DNA of 21,437 bases from Halocafeteria seosinensis (lineage: Eukaryota), in assembly GCA_001687465.1 (NCBI GenBank), contig LVLI01000172.1:310001-331437 (forward strand). The letters run 5' to 3'. Positions 1-10,779 of the stretch are shown one piece after another. Every line of letters starts with the position of its first letter. Position 1 is the stretch's first letter. The position numbers and the translations under genes were made by a program. The notes under the pieces are model-generated. The model was not told the origin of the DNA. It saw nothing but the letters and a program-made list of their open reading frames with translations, and ran no database searches.

Positions 1-8
1 CCACTTAC

Positions 9-262
9 AGCGTCTTCCCCATGTTTTTGAAATTCATTGCGGACAACTTCCAGAGATTGTTTGACAGCCCATGGAACCAATCCTCCTTTGTCTAGCACAT
101 TCAACACTGCGCCAAGAGCCTCCTAGTGCAAAACCAGGCACACACGGAGATAATTTAAACACCAATGACCGTACCTGAAGTGACACTCGGGTACTTTGCG
201 CCTCCGATCTGATACAGCCGGGAACCCTTCTCAAACATGCGCTTGATAGTCGGGGACGCCAT
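9..262 (-). CDS. N-terminal part of a PD-(D/E)XK-superfamily exonuclease (MGME1-like / phage exonuclease-like); continues beyond the left edge, 5' end uncertain
   Basis: Splicing exon 262-175 to exon 106-9 (intron 174-107, GTACGG...GCGCAG, phase 1) gives MASPTIKRMFEKGSRLYQIGGAKYPSVTSVLNVLDKGGLVPWAVKQSLEVVRNEFQKHGEDA, followed by a GTAAGT donor at 8. R-x-Y...YPSVT-x-(I/V)L...K-x-x-L-x-x-W is the N-terminal motif I recall for this nuclease family. The catalytic motifs lie outside the window. An upstream ATG at 419 could not be joined cleanly. Confidence 0.65.
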
Positions 263-577
263 TTCGGGGTGGCTCTCTCCTCGAAGACTGAAACTTCGCG
301 AATGGTCTCAATGGACAAGGGCAACTACTGTGTGCTCTTGCTGTACCAAAATCCATATTCGCAACAACACGGAGAGCCATAATAAAACTTCTTCCTAAAT
401 GAGAAGTCGACGAAAACATTGACGCCTTCGAAACCTCAATTATGGCAGTGCGTCGTCACAATCGTGTATGAATCAAGGGTTCGGAATCTTAATAATTACG
501 CTCGTTAGAAAGACTCCGCGGTTTCCAAAGGTGCGAACGTCGTCTATCGTTGCGGATTTGTACAGCGGAAGCGCAGA

Positions 578-1302
578 ATGTCGTTGTTCCACGGGCTCGC
601 ACGCCGAGCGACAGCTTCGTTGTTGTCTTCAGGACGGCACACACTGAGACAGAGGATACATGGTGGACCATTGAGGCCCAATGAGACTGCTTTGCCAAAT
701 TCCGTCAGTGAGCAATTTTACTTGAAAGCAGGCAGCAGAGCATTCGTGTCGGCGGCGGTATGTGACAATGTGGAGAACATGCCGAACTGGGATACTTTAC
801 TTCTTCTTGCCTTGTATGATGTGATTAATTGATGCAGAACTCTTCTGATCGTCCGTTTAAGATTTTGGGCGTCCAACAAATTGCGGTGGGAAGCACTGAC
901 AAGGAAAAACTTCGCGCACTATGGGTGGACAAGCTGGGACTGACAATGGAATCCAACTATAGAAGCGAGAAGGAAAATGTCGATGAAGATATTCTCCGAA
1001 TTGGAGAAGGTCCAACGGCTGTGGAGGTAGACATCATGCAACCTATAGATCCTGAGAAGGCACCTAAGGTTCATAATCCTCCGTTGAACCATTTTGGGCT
1101 GTGGGTGGACGATTTGCCGAAAGCATACGAGTGGTTGCAGCAACAGGGTGTGCGTTTCGCTCCTGGGGGAATTAGGAAGGGTGGTGGTGGTCATGATGTT
1201 GCCTTTATTCATCCCAAAGGAAATGAGGAATACCCGCTCTCCGGCCAAGGAGTCTTGATTGAATTGGTGCAAGCTCCGGAGGAGGTCCGTCAACTGAGAT
1301 AA
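578..1302 (+). CDS. VOC/glyoxalase-fold protein, methylmalonyl-CoA epimerase-like, probable mitochondrial targeting; exons 578-757, 838-1302
   Basis: A phase-0 intron at 758-837 (GTATGT...TGCAG) joins an R/S/L/A-rich leader ([26 protein letters not shown]) to the domain [14 protein letters not shown]...[10 protein letters not shown]...EVDIMQP...[12 protein letters not shown]...[17 protein letters not shown]...[10 protein letters not shown], which is typical of the VOC methylmalonyl-CoA epimerase/glyoxalase family. Confidence 0.85.
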
Positions 1303-2436
1303 GTTTTCACTCAACGGAACAATTTCAGTGCCACCACGGTCGATGCTCTTTACAGATGATGATGTAAATCTACATATTGCCCCGTTAATGACAAGTAACT
1401 GACATCAAGAAGTTCGTAGACTCTATGCCAGCATATTCATCTTGACCAGGCATTGTGAAATCCGCCGTCGTCGTATCCCTAGTTGGAAAGCATGATTCTA
1501 TTGCTTAATTTAGATATTGATATAAATTGCTAGCTCCACAATACTTAAGTTGCAAGTCGAGAATCGGGATTCTAGCTTCCTGACGTCCTCGAGAAGGTTA
1601 GGACTCGGCTTGAGACAGTGGCTTCCTGGATCCCCTTCTATCACTTCATATACTGCATCATGTTTGTTTGTAAAATTACCACCTACGAGTGGGGACATCT
1701 TTCCTCCCGTCCTCCCGGAGGCTGTCAGAACTTGGTTTTCCTTGCTCGATGCGGAAAAGCCGTGACCAGCTCTGCTGCGTTGAGCGGAAGGGAGTCTTTG
1801 CTACGTATACGGTTTTGTTGGCCTCTTGAGTTCCCAGTATCTATTCCATTGGTAGGAAGAATTCATACTGCAAGCAATAGGGGGCATTGATTCCTGTGGA
1901 CAAAGCAGAGGTTTTCTTAAGGAAGTGTCTGTTGCGTGTAGTATTAACCTCGTTGGACATACGACCGGCTGTAGGGGGGACGAAAGAACATGCATGTGTC
2001 TTACTACGTTTGAGGTGACATTTATGAACCACAGTGTGAATAAATCTGCCTGAATTGCTTTCATAGAGTAAGTTTTCGCTGCAATATATCGTGTGCATGG
2101 TAGATAAAATGCCATCAAGAGGGGGAAAAGGAATCCCCGGAATTCTTTTGTTTGGGGGAAATCGAGAATTCAAGCTATTCAAAGGCTTTATCGATGGACC
2201 TTTTGCCGTCGGCATAATGGGCTTTTATGTGTTTATCATTTACGCTCACGTGTATGAGGCTCCCGCATGAGGTTGGTCACCGACTGCTCCGGACTGGGGG
2301 ACAGTTTTTAGCATGAGCCTTTTTGTACCCTTTGGTCTCCCCCCCGTGACTGTACCCCTCCATGTGACTGTCTTTACGTCTCGATACTGCTCATATGAGG
2401 TGCAGATTTGGATACCAACGCTTGTCAGATAGTACG

Positions 2437-5222
2437 ATGGACGATATAGTGTCTAATTCGCCCGGCACTCCGAACCGCCGTCGGCGGCGTAATAAACGGG
2501 GGAAAGATAAAAAGAAGGGAAGTGGCCTGGAGCACGGCGCCATTGAAAATGAGCCTCTTCCATTACAGCTGCAAAAACTCACGGAGGACTATTCGAAGCA
2601 AGAAATACTCAAAGCCAGAAATGATTTGTTTGAAACTGACGAAGATTATGATGATCCGGAAGTGGTACGGAAGTACTTGAAAGGGGAATTGAATTCGCAC
2701 GATGGATCAGAGCACTCGACATCGACCCCGCCAATCTCTTATCATAGCCATAATGCACGAGTACGTAGTACATGAGGGTTGAAAGAGTTTATATCCGTAT
2801 GCTGTGAACTCCGTTTGCGATATGTTCTCTGTTTTGGAACAGAGCTGGGATTCCTCGGCTGCGTCGATATCTAGTGCAGCCACCCCGTCGGGAGAACATA
2901 GCAATGGCGGTCACGAACAACAGAGTCAAAGTCAGCATTCCAGTGCCTCCCAAGATTCCAAAAAAATTAAAGAAGAAGAAAGTGCGGACTCAAGGAGATA
3001 CGCACAAGCAACACAGCTGAATGCCAGCAGTATAGAAGAACAGAAGAAAATCCTCGAACAAGTATGTTGAGAGACTGTGCACTATATGCGGGATTGGTTT
3101 CACTTAAGGCTTACAACACCTTTCAGGTCGTGGCTTCGTCAAAGTTGAATGATGTCTTGACGGGGTTGAATCACTGGTACAATGCGGCATCTGTAGTTCA
3201 AGTAAGTCTACAACGTGTCTTCGAAGCTGCTACCATCTATCACTTTACTGCAACCTCGACCCCCAGGTTAACTGCTTCTTCGAGAGCGATGCGCCAAGGC
3301 GACTGTTACTGAATATTCTCTCTCGCATGCCCCATTCAGAATTCGATAAACTGTTCACTGAGGTCTTGGAAAAATTAGTGACCCCCTTACGTATGAAGCC
3401 AGAAGAACGACCTGTTCAGCTTGTCCATCGGTGTACAAAGGCTGTAGTTACGAGAATGCGCGAAGTCATTGAAAGCCTACGTAAGGTTGACCCCGAGGCT
3501 GCAGGCGAGAAGTCTGAAGAAGCACGCCACATTGCTGCGCGTGTGATGGCTACCCAGCTTCGGGAACTTCGCAATTTTGTCGGAAGTTCCTGGTCAAGCA
3601 TGAATGGCCATGTGGACTGTAGCCGGGTACTCAAGCAGAATGAAGAAAATGTGAAGCAGTTGCCGGCGGATAAGAATGATCTAAGGTCGTTACTGATGAG
3701 AAGAGATTTACATTTTGAGACAATGCAAGCGCTTCGACATACGCAAAGTAGAACGCATACTGAAAAGCTTAGTGGCTCTCCACTAATGCCGAAGACTGTG
3801 GAAGATGAGCTCCGTAGTCTTCGTGCTCTTTCTGGAAGTGGTTCTGATAAGACGGTTGTCGAGGTAAGATAAAAAGTTTTGTTTTGTGAATGTTAATTGC
3901 CAGCGCGGTTTCTCTTCGCTTTTACTTTCGATTTCTCTACACACAACACTGTGTGGTGTAATACTCGGGAACCGCTATAGCAATAGGATGTAACTCAACC
4001 GAGGAGTCTATTCCCGTGGCTTCGTGGTTCTTTCAGCCTTCAACATTTCATTTGGCTTGTGTTTTCTTTGGGGATGCAGGAGCGTGAAGCAAAGGAGGCT
4101 TTGGAGCAACTTCACAAGGAAATAGCAGAGTCTCTAGGGCCTTTGAAAGAGGAAGAACAGCGCTTGTCAGATGACCTGGAACAACTTCATCAACGCCGCC
4201 GAGAACTGCAACAGGAATTAAACCGCATAAACGATGACATAAAGTCAAAGACCAGGGAGAAGAAAGCCATTTCAGAGAAAGCGGAAGTGCTTGGAGACAA
4301 GTTCAAAGAAAAGAAAGGAGTGCTTAATTCACGATACAATGGTATGGTTGCCCGTTGCGAAGAAGAAGGGGTTGGAGTGTCACTTCAGAGTTCCATTCAA
4401 GGGATCGTGGAGGATGTTGATAAAGTGATAAACGAACTCGACATGGTAGGAACCAGGGAAGCGGGTAGTATGGATGAAGATACTCGAAGGTATCATTGGG
4501 CTGAACAAACATTTCTAAGCTGCCAAAGTGACAAACTGATAATCAATGCGTTAAAAAAGAGGTTAGAGAAATCCCAAGGGGAGCTTGTGAAACTCAAGAA
4601 TGAAGCTGAAAATTTCAAAAGCTTAAACATGAAGAATGTCGTCAAGGAAGTGGAAAAAAGCCTGCTAAGAGTATCTGCCGAAATCAAAGAAGACGAAAAC
4701 AGTATTGCAACATTCACTCAACAAACCCGTGACTACGTTCGTGACTTTTTACACCAGTACTCCATGCCGGAGGATACTGGTAGTCGTAAGGATAGCGGTA
4801 CGCTTTACGATAAAGAATTAGCCTTCGTTCGCCGGCTCTGCGATATAGCGGTAGATTTGGGCCTTGACAATGATTTTATTGAGTCTTTGGGGCTGATCAA
4901 GCCCAGCCAGAGTGCCCTAGATTTCGTTGACCAGCATTATACGAAGGAAAATTCGAATGTGAATGCCCCTTCAAAGACTCCCGGAAAGGACACGAGCCAC
5001 GCCGAAAACCCAAAGTCGGTTGTCGCCACAGCCCATGTTCCTTCCTCGCAGTCGAGCGCGAACACTCCTCCTCGACCTCATACCAAAGCGACTGCGACCA
5101 ATGGTACGTTTCATAGGTCGTCTCCGTCGTGGGGAAGCACTTCGGGGAGCAATAGAAAGCCTGTCTCCTTGAAGGACTTACGCAAGCGAGCAAACAATGC
5201 AGATAACGTATCCGAGGCATGA
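2437..5222 (+). CDS. Uncharacterised coiled-coil protein; exons 2437-2760, 2843-3061, 3127-3201, 3267-3863, 3987-5222
   Basis: Four phase-0 GT-AG introns (donors GTACGT, GTATGT, GTAAGT, GTAAGA) join five ORF-track fragments into one frame. There is a basic NLS-like stretch (RRRRRNKRGKDKKK), long E/K/Q/L heptad-rich segments in the last exon and an S/P/T-rich tail. No family recognised. Confidence 0.8.
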
Positions 5223-5350
5223 ACAGCTGGCTTTAATGTTATATTTCAACTGTATCTATTTATGTATATTTTAATAATCGTTAAGAGGCAGAAGTTATCA
5301 GGTTACAGTTTATACCCGGTCGTTCCGGTAAAAAGTAATACACTCTACGC

Positions 5351-8219
5351 CTACCTAACTAGGAGTGGAAGTAATGCGCCAGTCCAGCCGGTGAAGGGAT
5401 GCGTACCGGTGCCTCTACCATTGTCTGGGTCAAAGTTCTCCCAGAGAAAACCACTTTCTTGGAACTGCTGGACGACATTGCCGACCAAATTTGTTCGCAA
5501 CTCTTCCGCAACATCGAAGAGTTGGGACTTTAATTGTGAAGATGTTCGCTCATTGTGCGCATAGTAACGAAGCCCCCTCCAGATCAGGTAATTTAAATTA
5601 ACCCAGATTTTGCCTCGCCAGTAGTCCTCATGTGTCCTGTACGCACCGTCTTGCTTGGACAAGCTTCGAATGCCAAACGGGGACCAGAGCTCGCTCTCGT
5701 CCCGCAGCACATTCAAGATACTCTCAAGACGGGTATCGTCTGGAGACATGATCCCCAAAGCAAGCGGAAATAAACCGATGTAGCCCTTGTGGCATGTATC
5801 TCCAATCTTGGTTGCTTCATCACTATCAGCATATTGAGCACCATAGTCACAAAACCAGTTATGATCGCTATTCCACAGTTTCTCGAGACGCTCGCGAATC
5901 TTGTTTCGTTTCTCCTTCAATTCAATCAAACTGTCTTGTCTATCTATTTTGGCAGCAATTTTGTCAAGCAGGTCTATGCCCTGCAGTAGAGGAGTCCATG
6001 GATGGCGCAAGAGTGGATTCCAATGAAACGCATTGCAGACTTACCCATATTAACCAGCTCATAAGATCCACGTGCACATCATACTCCGTAGGCACCACTC
6101 CGCGGGGAAAGTCATCAATGCCAGAAGCAAATGTGTGATTGGGGGAAGCTCCGGCCCACCGCAAATCCCCTTCTTCTCCACGCGGAGTGTATTGGGTGTT
6201 CAAGTACCAATACATCCATTTGACAAGTTTCGGATGGATCCTCGATAACCACGCCCGATCATCTGCAGCGGAAATAGTTGTTCGAGACTTGTAGCTGTGC
6301 TCTTGAACGTACTAGCACACTTACCTGAGCTTAGTTCAGCATTAGTTGAGCCGGAATCAGCGTCAAGACCGATAAGTTTCTCAATCGCCAGCAACAACGT
6401 TGGTGGGTTGGCTATATCCGGTCGCTGCACACGGAACTTTGCCGGAACGCGAGACTGAGCCTCTTCTCCCATAGTTTGCTCCCGAGGAATCCATCCGTCT
6501 GAATCCATTGTGCTAAACCAAGATTCAATAACGGTTTTACTGAGCATTTTATCCCATTCAGATACGAGCAATTGATGAAAACCTTCATCCCATAGGAACC
6601 CTCGAGGGAAAATTGAACGAGAGGGCATTCCAGTTATGAGTTCATATTCCCTCGAGTGCACGATTGCACCTTCTTCCGCCACCCTTCCGTCAGTTGTAAG
6701 AACAGAACTGGCGTGCTCTCCCTCAGAGCCTCTTTGGGAGGGGTCCCTTCGGTCTACGAGCAGACTCCCACGATAGTGGGTAACGCAGCCTACAACTTGG
6801 CTCAGTGCGTTGTGTAAGGCTTGATAAACATCCTTCTTACCAGCCCAGACAGACCCTTTCACTATGGTTTCGTTGAATCGGTTGTCAAAAGAAGATATCG
6901 CTTTACTTCGTCTTTCTGTTACGGTCTCTTCTGTTTGCTGAGCTTGAATGAATTCTACCAGCTTCGCAGCATCGTTTTCGCTGTCTATTTTCTCCATCCC
7001 CGCAGCGCGAATCATTTCTTGAGAACAATGAAGCACGCGAATATTAAACGGTGGTTTGAGAACCAATTGTAACATTCCCTGATGTATAGATCCATTCCCG
7101 ATGTAACCTGGTAGCAGGGGAACTACACCTGCTTCAGAAGCTTTCTGCAAGTGAAAAGGATTTATTTCTTCCCCTCTATCGGCCGCTGCAACTTTCTCCA
7201 ACTGGTAGTGCCTATACACAGTCTTTTGGTGGGATGCTTGCAGGAGCTGACCCATGTGGCCCCCGAGTTGCCAGTAGTTATAAGTCTGGAAGCCTGTGAG
7301 GTAGTAGTGAATGTTCATCAACTCAGGTGCCTTGTTGACCAAGTTTTCTCTGGATTCTCTCTCTGCGAGTGGAGCTTGAGTAGAATGAAGCGTTCGACCA
7401 TTCGATGGATGTGATTTTGCCGGTGGGTTCAATACCACAAGCGCCTCCTGCTCGCTAGTCTCACCTCCTACAAGCACAGCGTGACCGCGGATACCAGGCA
7501 GGCTACTACTCTTGTCGGCGGAAGATTTCGTGTCAAACAGTTTCATCGACACAGTTTGATTTTCTCCCCCAGACATGTAAAATAGCACACTGGCTTTCAT
7601 CGATTTCGACTGCCGTGAATTCTTGAATCGTTTGCTTCCGTGGATGGTACCGTTGATATCCAATTGCCAGGAAGCGTGATTCCGAAACGAGCAACTCGTG
7701 GAGAAGTCTTTGGGGTTTAAACAGTGCATATCCGCTTCCAACTTCTGCACCGTACCGCACCAACATTGAGCAATAATAAACACTACATGCATGGCACTCA
7801 AAAACCTACCAATTTGTGGTTGGGGTCAATGAATTGCTGCTGCCAGAACCCTTGTCCATCATTACGCATGAATCCCCATCGTTGCAGACCGTCATCATCG
7901 CTGGCGTCATGGCGCAAGCCTGTCATACCTTGGTTCAGCATCCATGCCACTCCAAACTGCGGTTATACAAGGGGGTTAACGTGTATGGCAGCGAGGTTGG
8001 CCCTGCAGCACGTACCAAGGAGCCTGTTTTGGATTGTTTTGTGCCGATATACAAGTTCGGCCGAGGCCATATCTGCGTATACGACTGCAGATCACCCTCT
8101 CGTGCTTGTGTAGCTTCCTCCTCACCAACATGGGGATGAGGATCAGCTCCTGTGGTGTATACAGCTAGCCACAGCGAGAGGGCAGCCACCAGAGCCCCAC
8201 GCACGAGGACCATCACCAT
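5351..8219 (-). CDS. MOGS: Mannosyl-oligosaccharide glucosidase (ER glucosidase I, GH63); exons 8219-8016, 7956-7810, 7744-6325, 6262-6045, 5980-5351
   Basis: N-terminal hydrophobic signal/anchor, plus the motifs [85 protein letters not shown] and HPFTGWT. Four canonical introns restore the frame. Confidence 0.96.
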
Positions 8220-8458
8220 GCCCTAATGAGACTATTCCTCTTCCTGCCTGTACTATGGGATTCATGGACGTGTCTGTGTGTGTGTATTACAATTACACCC
8301 AAGCCAACCTACGGAACCTATGCAAACGGTAGTAGTACGCCCTGAAAGGATAGCTTCACATGTGCTGGTGAAGAGTGATAGGCATGGGCCATACCATGCA
8401 CGGCCGTATACACAGCGAGGTAGGACGAAGCGAAGCAACACAACGGTTGCTTGGTTAG

Positions 8459-10578
8459 TTATTCCGATTGCTGGCATGCTGCCAGAGCTTCGGCGGAGAA
8501 AAACTGGACGTCATGGTCGGAATCGTTGAGAAGCTGACGCAGCTGCTGCTTGACGGTTTGTTGAATCACTCTCTGAGGCAAATAAGGAGCGAGTCGTTGC
8601 AGAACTTTGGAAACATTGAAACGAACATTGGCTATTGTATCCTCGCTCATACTTAGAATGGACGGGAGAAAGCGTTCATGCCGAGTTTTCTTGCTCACGG
8701 CGATGCAAACTTCGTACAAAGCGTAAATGGACGATAGCCGAACCAGATAGCTTTGATGCTTCTGTAGTGCTTCGATGTGAGGGACAATTTGAGACAATGC
8801 CCATTGTTCTCCAAATGTTTCAGTCAATTTGCGCAAGTTTACGGCGGCGGCTTCTCGGATACTAGATACATCATCACTTAACCAGCGAATGCACAACTGA
8901 GTGAGTTGATCGTTGAAAAACTCACGGCCCAGTTGATTCGCCAGGAGTGGCATAAACTCAATGATAGCCATGCGCACCCTCCATTGTTTGTCTTCTGCCA
9001 AGTACGTTATAGCAGGCAGTAATGATTCCGAGAGAACCCGCACACCGACAACTGCGTTTAGTTCCTCGAGAGTGGAAATGATGTTCAAGCGTACCTGTGA
9101 ACCAAATACAATAAGAAGTAGGGCTGTGTTTGCCTAGTAGTTTCCCCGTGTTCACGACCGGCTTATCTTACTTGGGATTCATTATCTTTCAATAAGTCTA
9201 AAATAAAAGGGAGAAGCTTCTCCATTGTATCATCAGGCCCAAGAACTCGAGCAAGTCCCATTATTACTTCTGCGAGCGATTTGCGCACATGCTCCGAGGG
9301 GTCACTCGACAGCGATTTTACCCGAGGAAGAATCTGTCCGAGTTCCTCAAGACGGCAGTGTTAGAACGTCGAAAAGCAAAGGAAACCAAGCAGGTTGAAA
9401 ACTTACATTGTTTATGACGTCCTCCTTAGGGATCCTTTTGCTAACGTCCGTTACCGCCGCAGCGGCTGCGGTGCGAACCTCCGCTTCATGGTCGTCTAGA
9501 AGGCTGACGAAAGGCTTGAGTAGTTCATTTCGAGCCGCTTGGGGACCGAGGGCTTCACATAATGCTACGTATTTATTCGCTACACTCCATCTTACCCTCC
9601 ATGACCTATCATTCGCAAGCATCATTGCGGTAGGTAAGAGCGATTCGTCGATTTGCGGTTTGCTAACAAGTTGAGCCAACACAGTGCAGTTATCAACAGC
9701 AAGTAATCTAACACTGTCTTGCTCGTCACTGGCCAGCTTCTTTAGGAGCGGTAGCGTAACCTGTTCACACTTTCCGCTCGGTATTTTCTTGCTAAAGGCA
9801 CCCAAATTCGCACAAGCAGCCCGCCGGACCATTGGAGTGTCATCCTCCACTAGACGCTGATAGATTTCATCTAATTCTTGCGCAGCTTCGGCTGTAACGT
9901 GTTCATAGGGGGCTGCTAGTATCCCCGCTGCACTAATCCTAGAGGTGAACCAGTCTTTGGACGCCAAGCGCTTGATCAAGGGAACGAAATAAGATACCAA
10001 GTCTTTGGTAGGCATTTCAGAGGCAATTTTGTTAAGACCTTCAATTGTCTGCAAATTCGGTGTTGCTGATGGTATACATACATCGACGAGGTAAGACAGC
10101 CGACAACACCACTTACTTTATCCCGCACGGCCATTTCTTCTACATGTGCCAGTTTTTCCAATGGACCCAGTAGTTTATAAGCGTATTCGTTTCCTCCAAT
10201 ATATGGTACAAGTTGTCCCAATTGCTCCGCCATGGCTACCAATACTTCATCATCATCATCTATGGAGCTCCCCAGGAATGGTAGTAGTTCATCCCGTGTT
10301 CGTTGCGGTCCCAGTGCTTCAGCTGCAGCAGAGGTAACCATGTCAAGAGACTAGCAGACATGCACACCAGCTAGCTTACCAATGACTGTTAATTTCTGCA
10401 TGGAATTCAGTCGGTATTGGACGTCTTCATGGCGTAATTCATCTATCAAGACGGCGATCTCAAATAAGTCTTCCTCCTCCCCATCATGTTTCCCTTCTTC
10501 CTCTTTGCCACCTCCGGACATATCTCTATCTTCCTCCTCTTCCTTGCCCTCTCCTGAACGATTCGAGCCACGCATCAT
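8459..10578 (-). CDS. PPP2R1A: Serine/threonine protein phosphatase 2A 65 kDa scaffold subunit A (PR65, HEAT repeats); exons 10578-10380, 10322-10117, 10048-9407, 9333-9172, 9094-8459 (about 614 aa)
   Basis: [114 protein letters not shown] and ANVRFNVSK closely follow PP2A-A. Four canonical introns. Confidence 0.97.
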
Positions 10579-10758
10579 GCCGTGTACTCGGATAATGGGG
10601 CCTCCAAAGTATAAACAGGAAGCCGTCGTTAAACTAACTCAAATGACGATGATAATGCCTTTCTCTCGTTCCACAGCGCTAGCAATGGGCTGATTCATTT
10701 CCGTATGTATGTTAACCAGAAACAAACAAACGCATACAAAAATGCTCTCTTTCTGCAT

Positions 10759-10779
10759 GCGTGTGCGTGTGTGTGTGTG
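10759..10779. repeat. Short imperfect (GT)n microsatellite upstream of PP2A-A
   Basis: gcgtgtgcgtgtgtgtgtgtg, with short AAAC and AACC runs nearby (about 10719-10731 and 10839-10853). Confidence 0.5.

Noticed and set aside
34..324. ORF 34-324 (-) as listed
   Set aside because: It is a different frame from the nuclease motif and reads through the intron; the spliced model explains the region better.
1314..2390. Gene between the VOC gene and the coiled-coil gene (ORFs 1841-2215, 1801-2118, 1510-1698 etc.)
   Set aside because: I could not build a consistent splice model or find a motif. The one intron-like GTAAGA...CTACAG on the minus strand is only about 35 nt, shorter than every other modelled intron here (57 nt or more).
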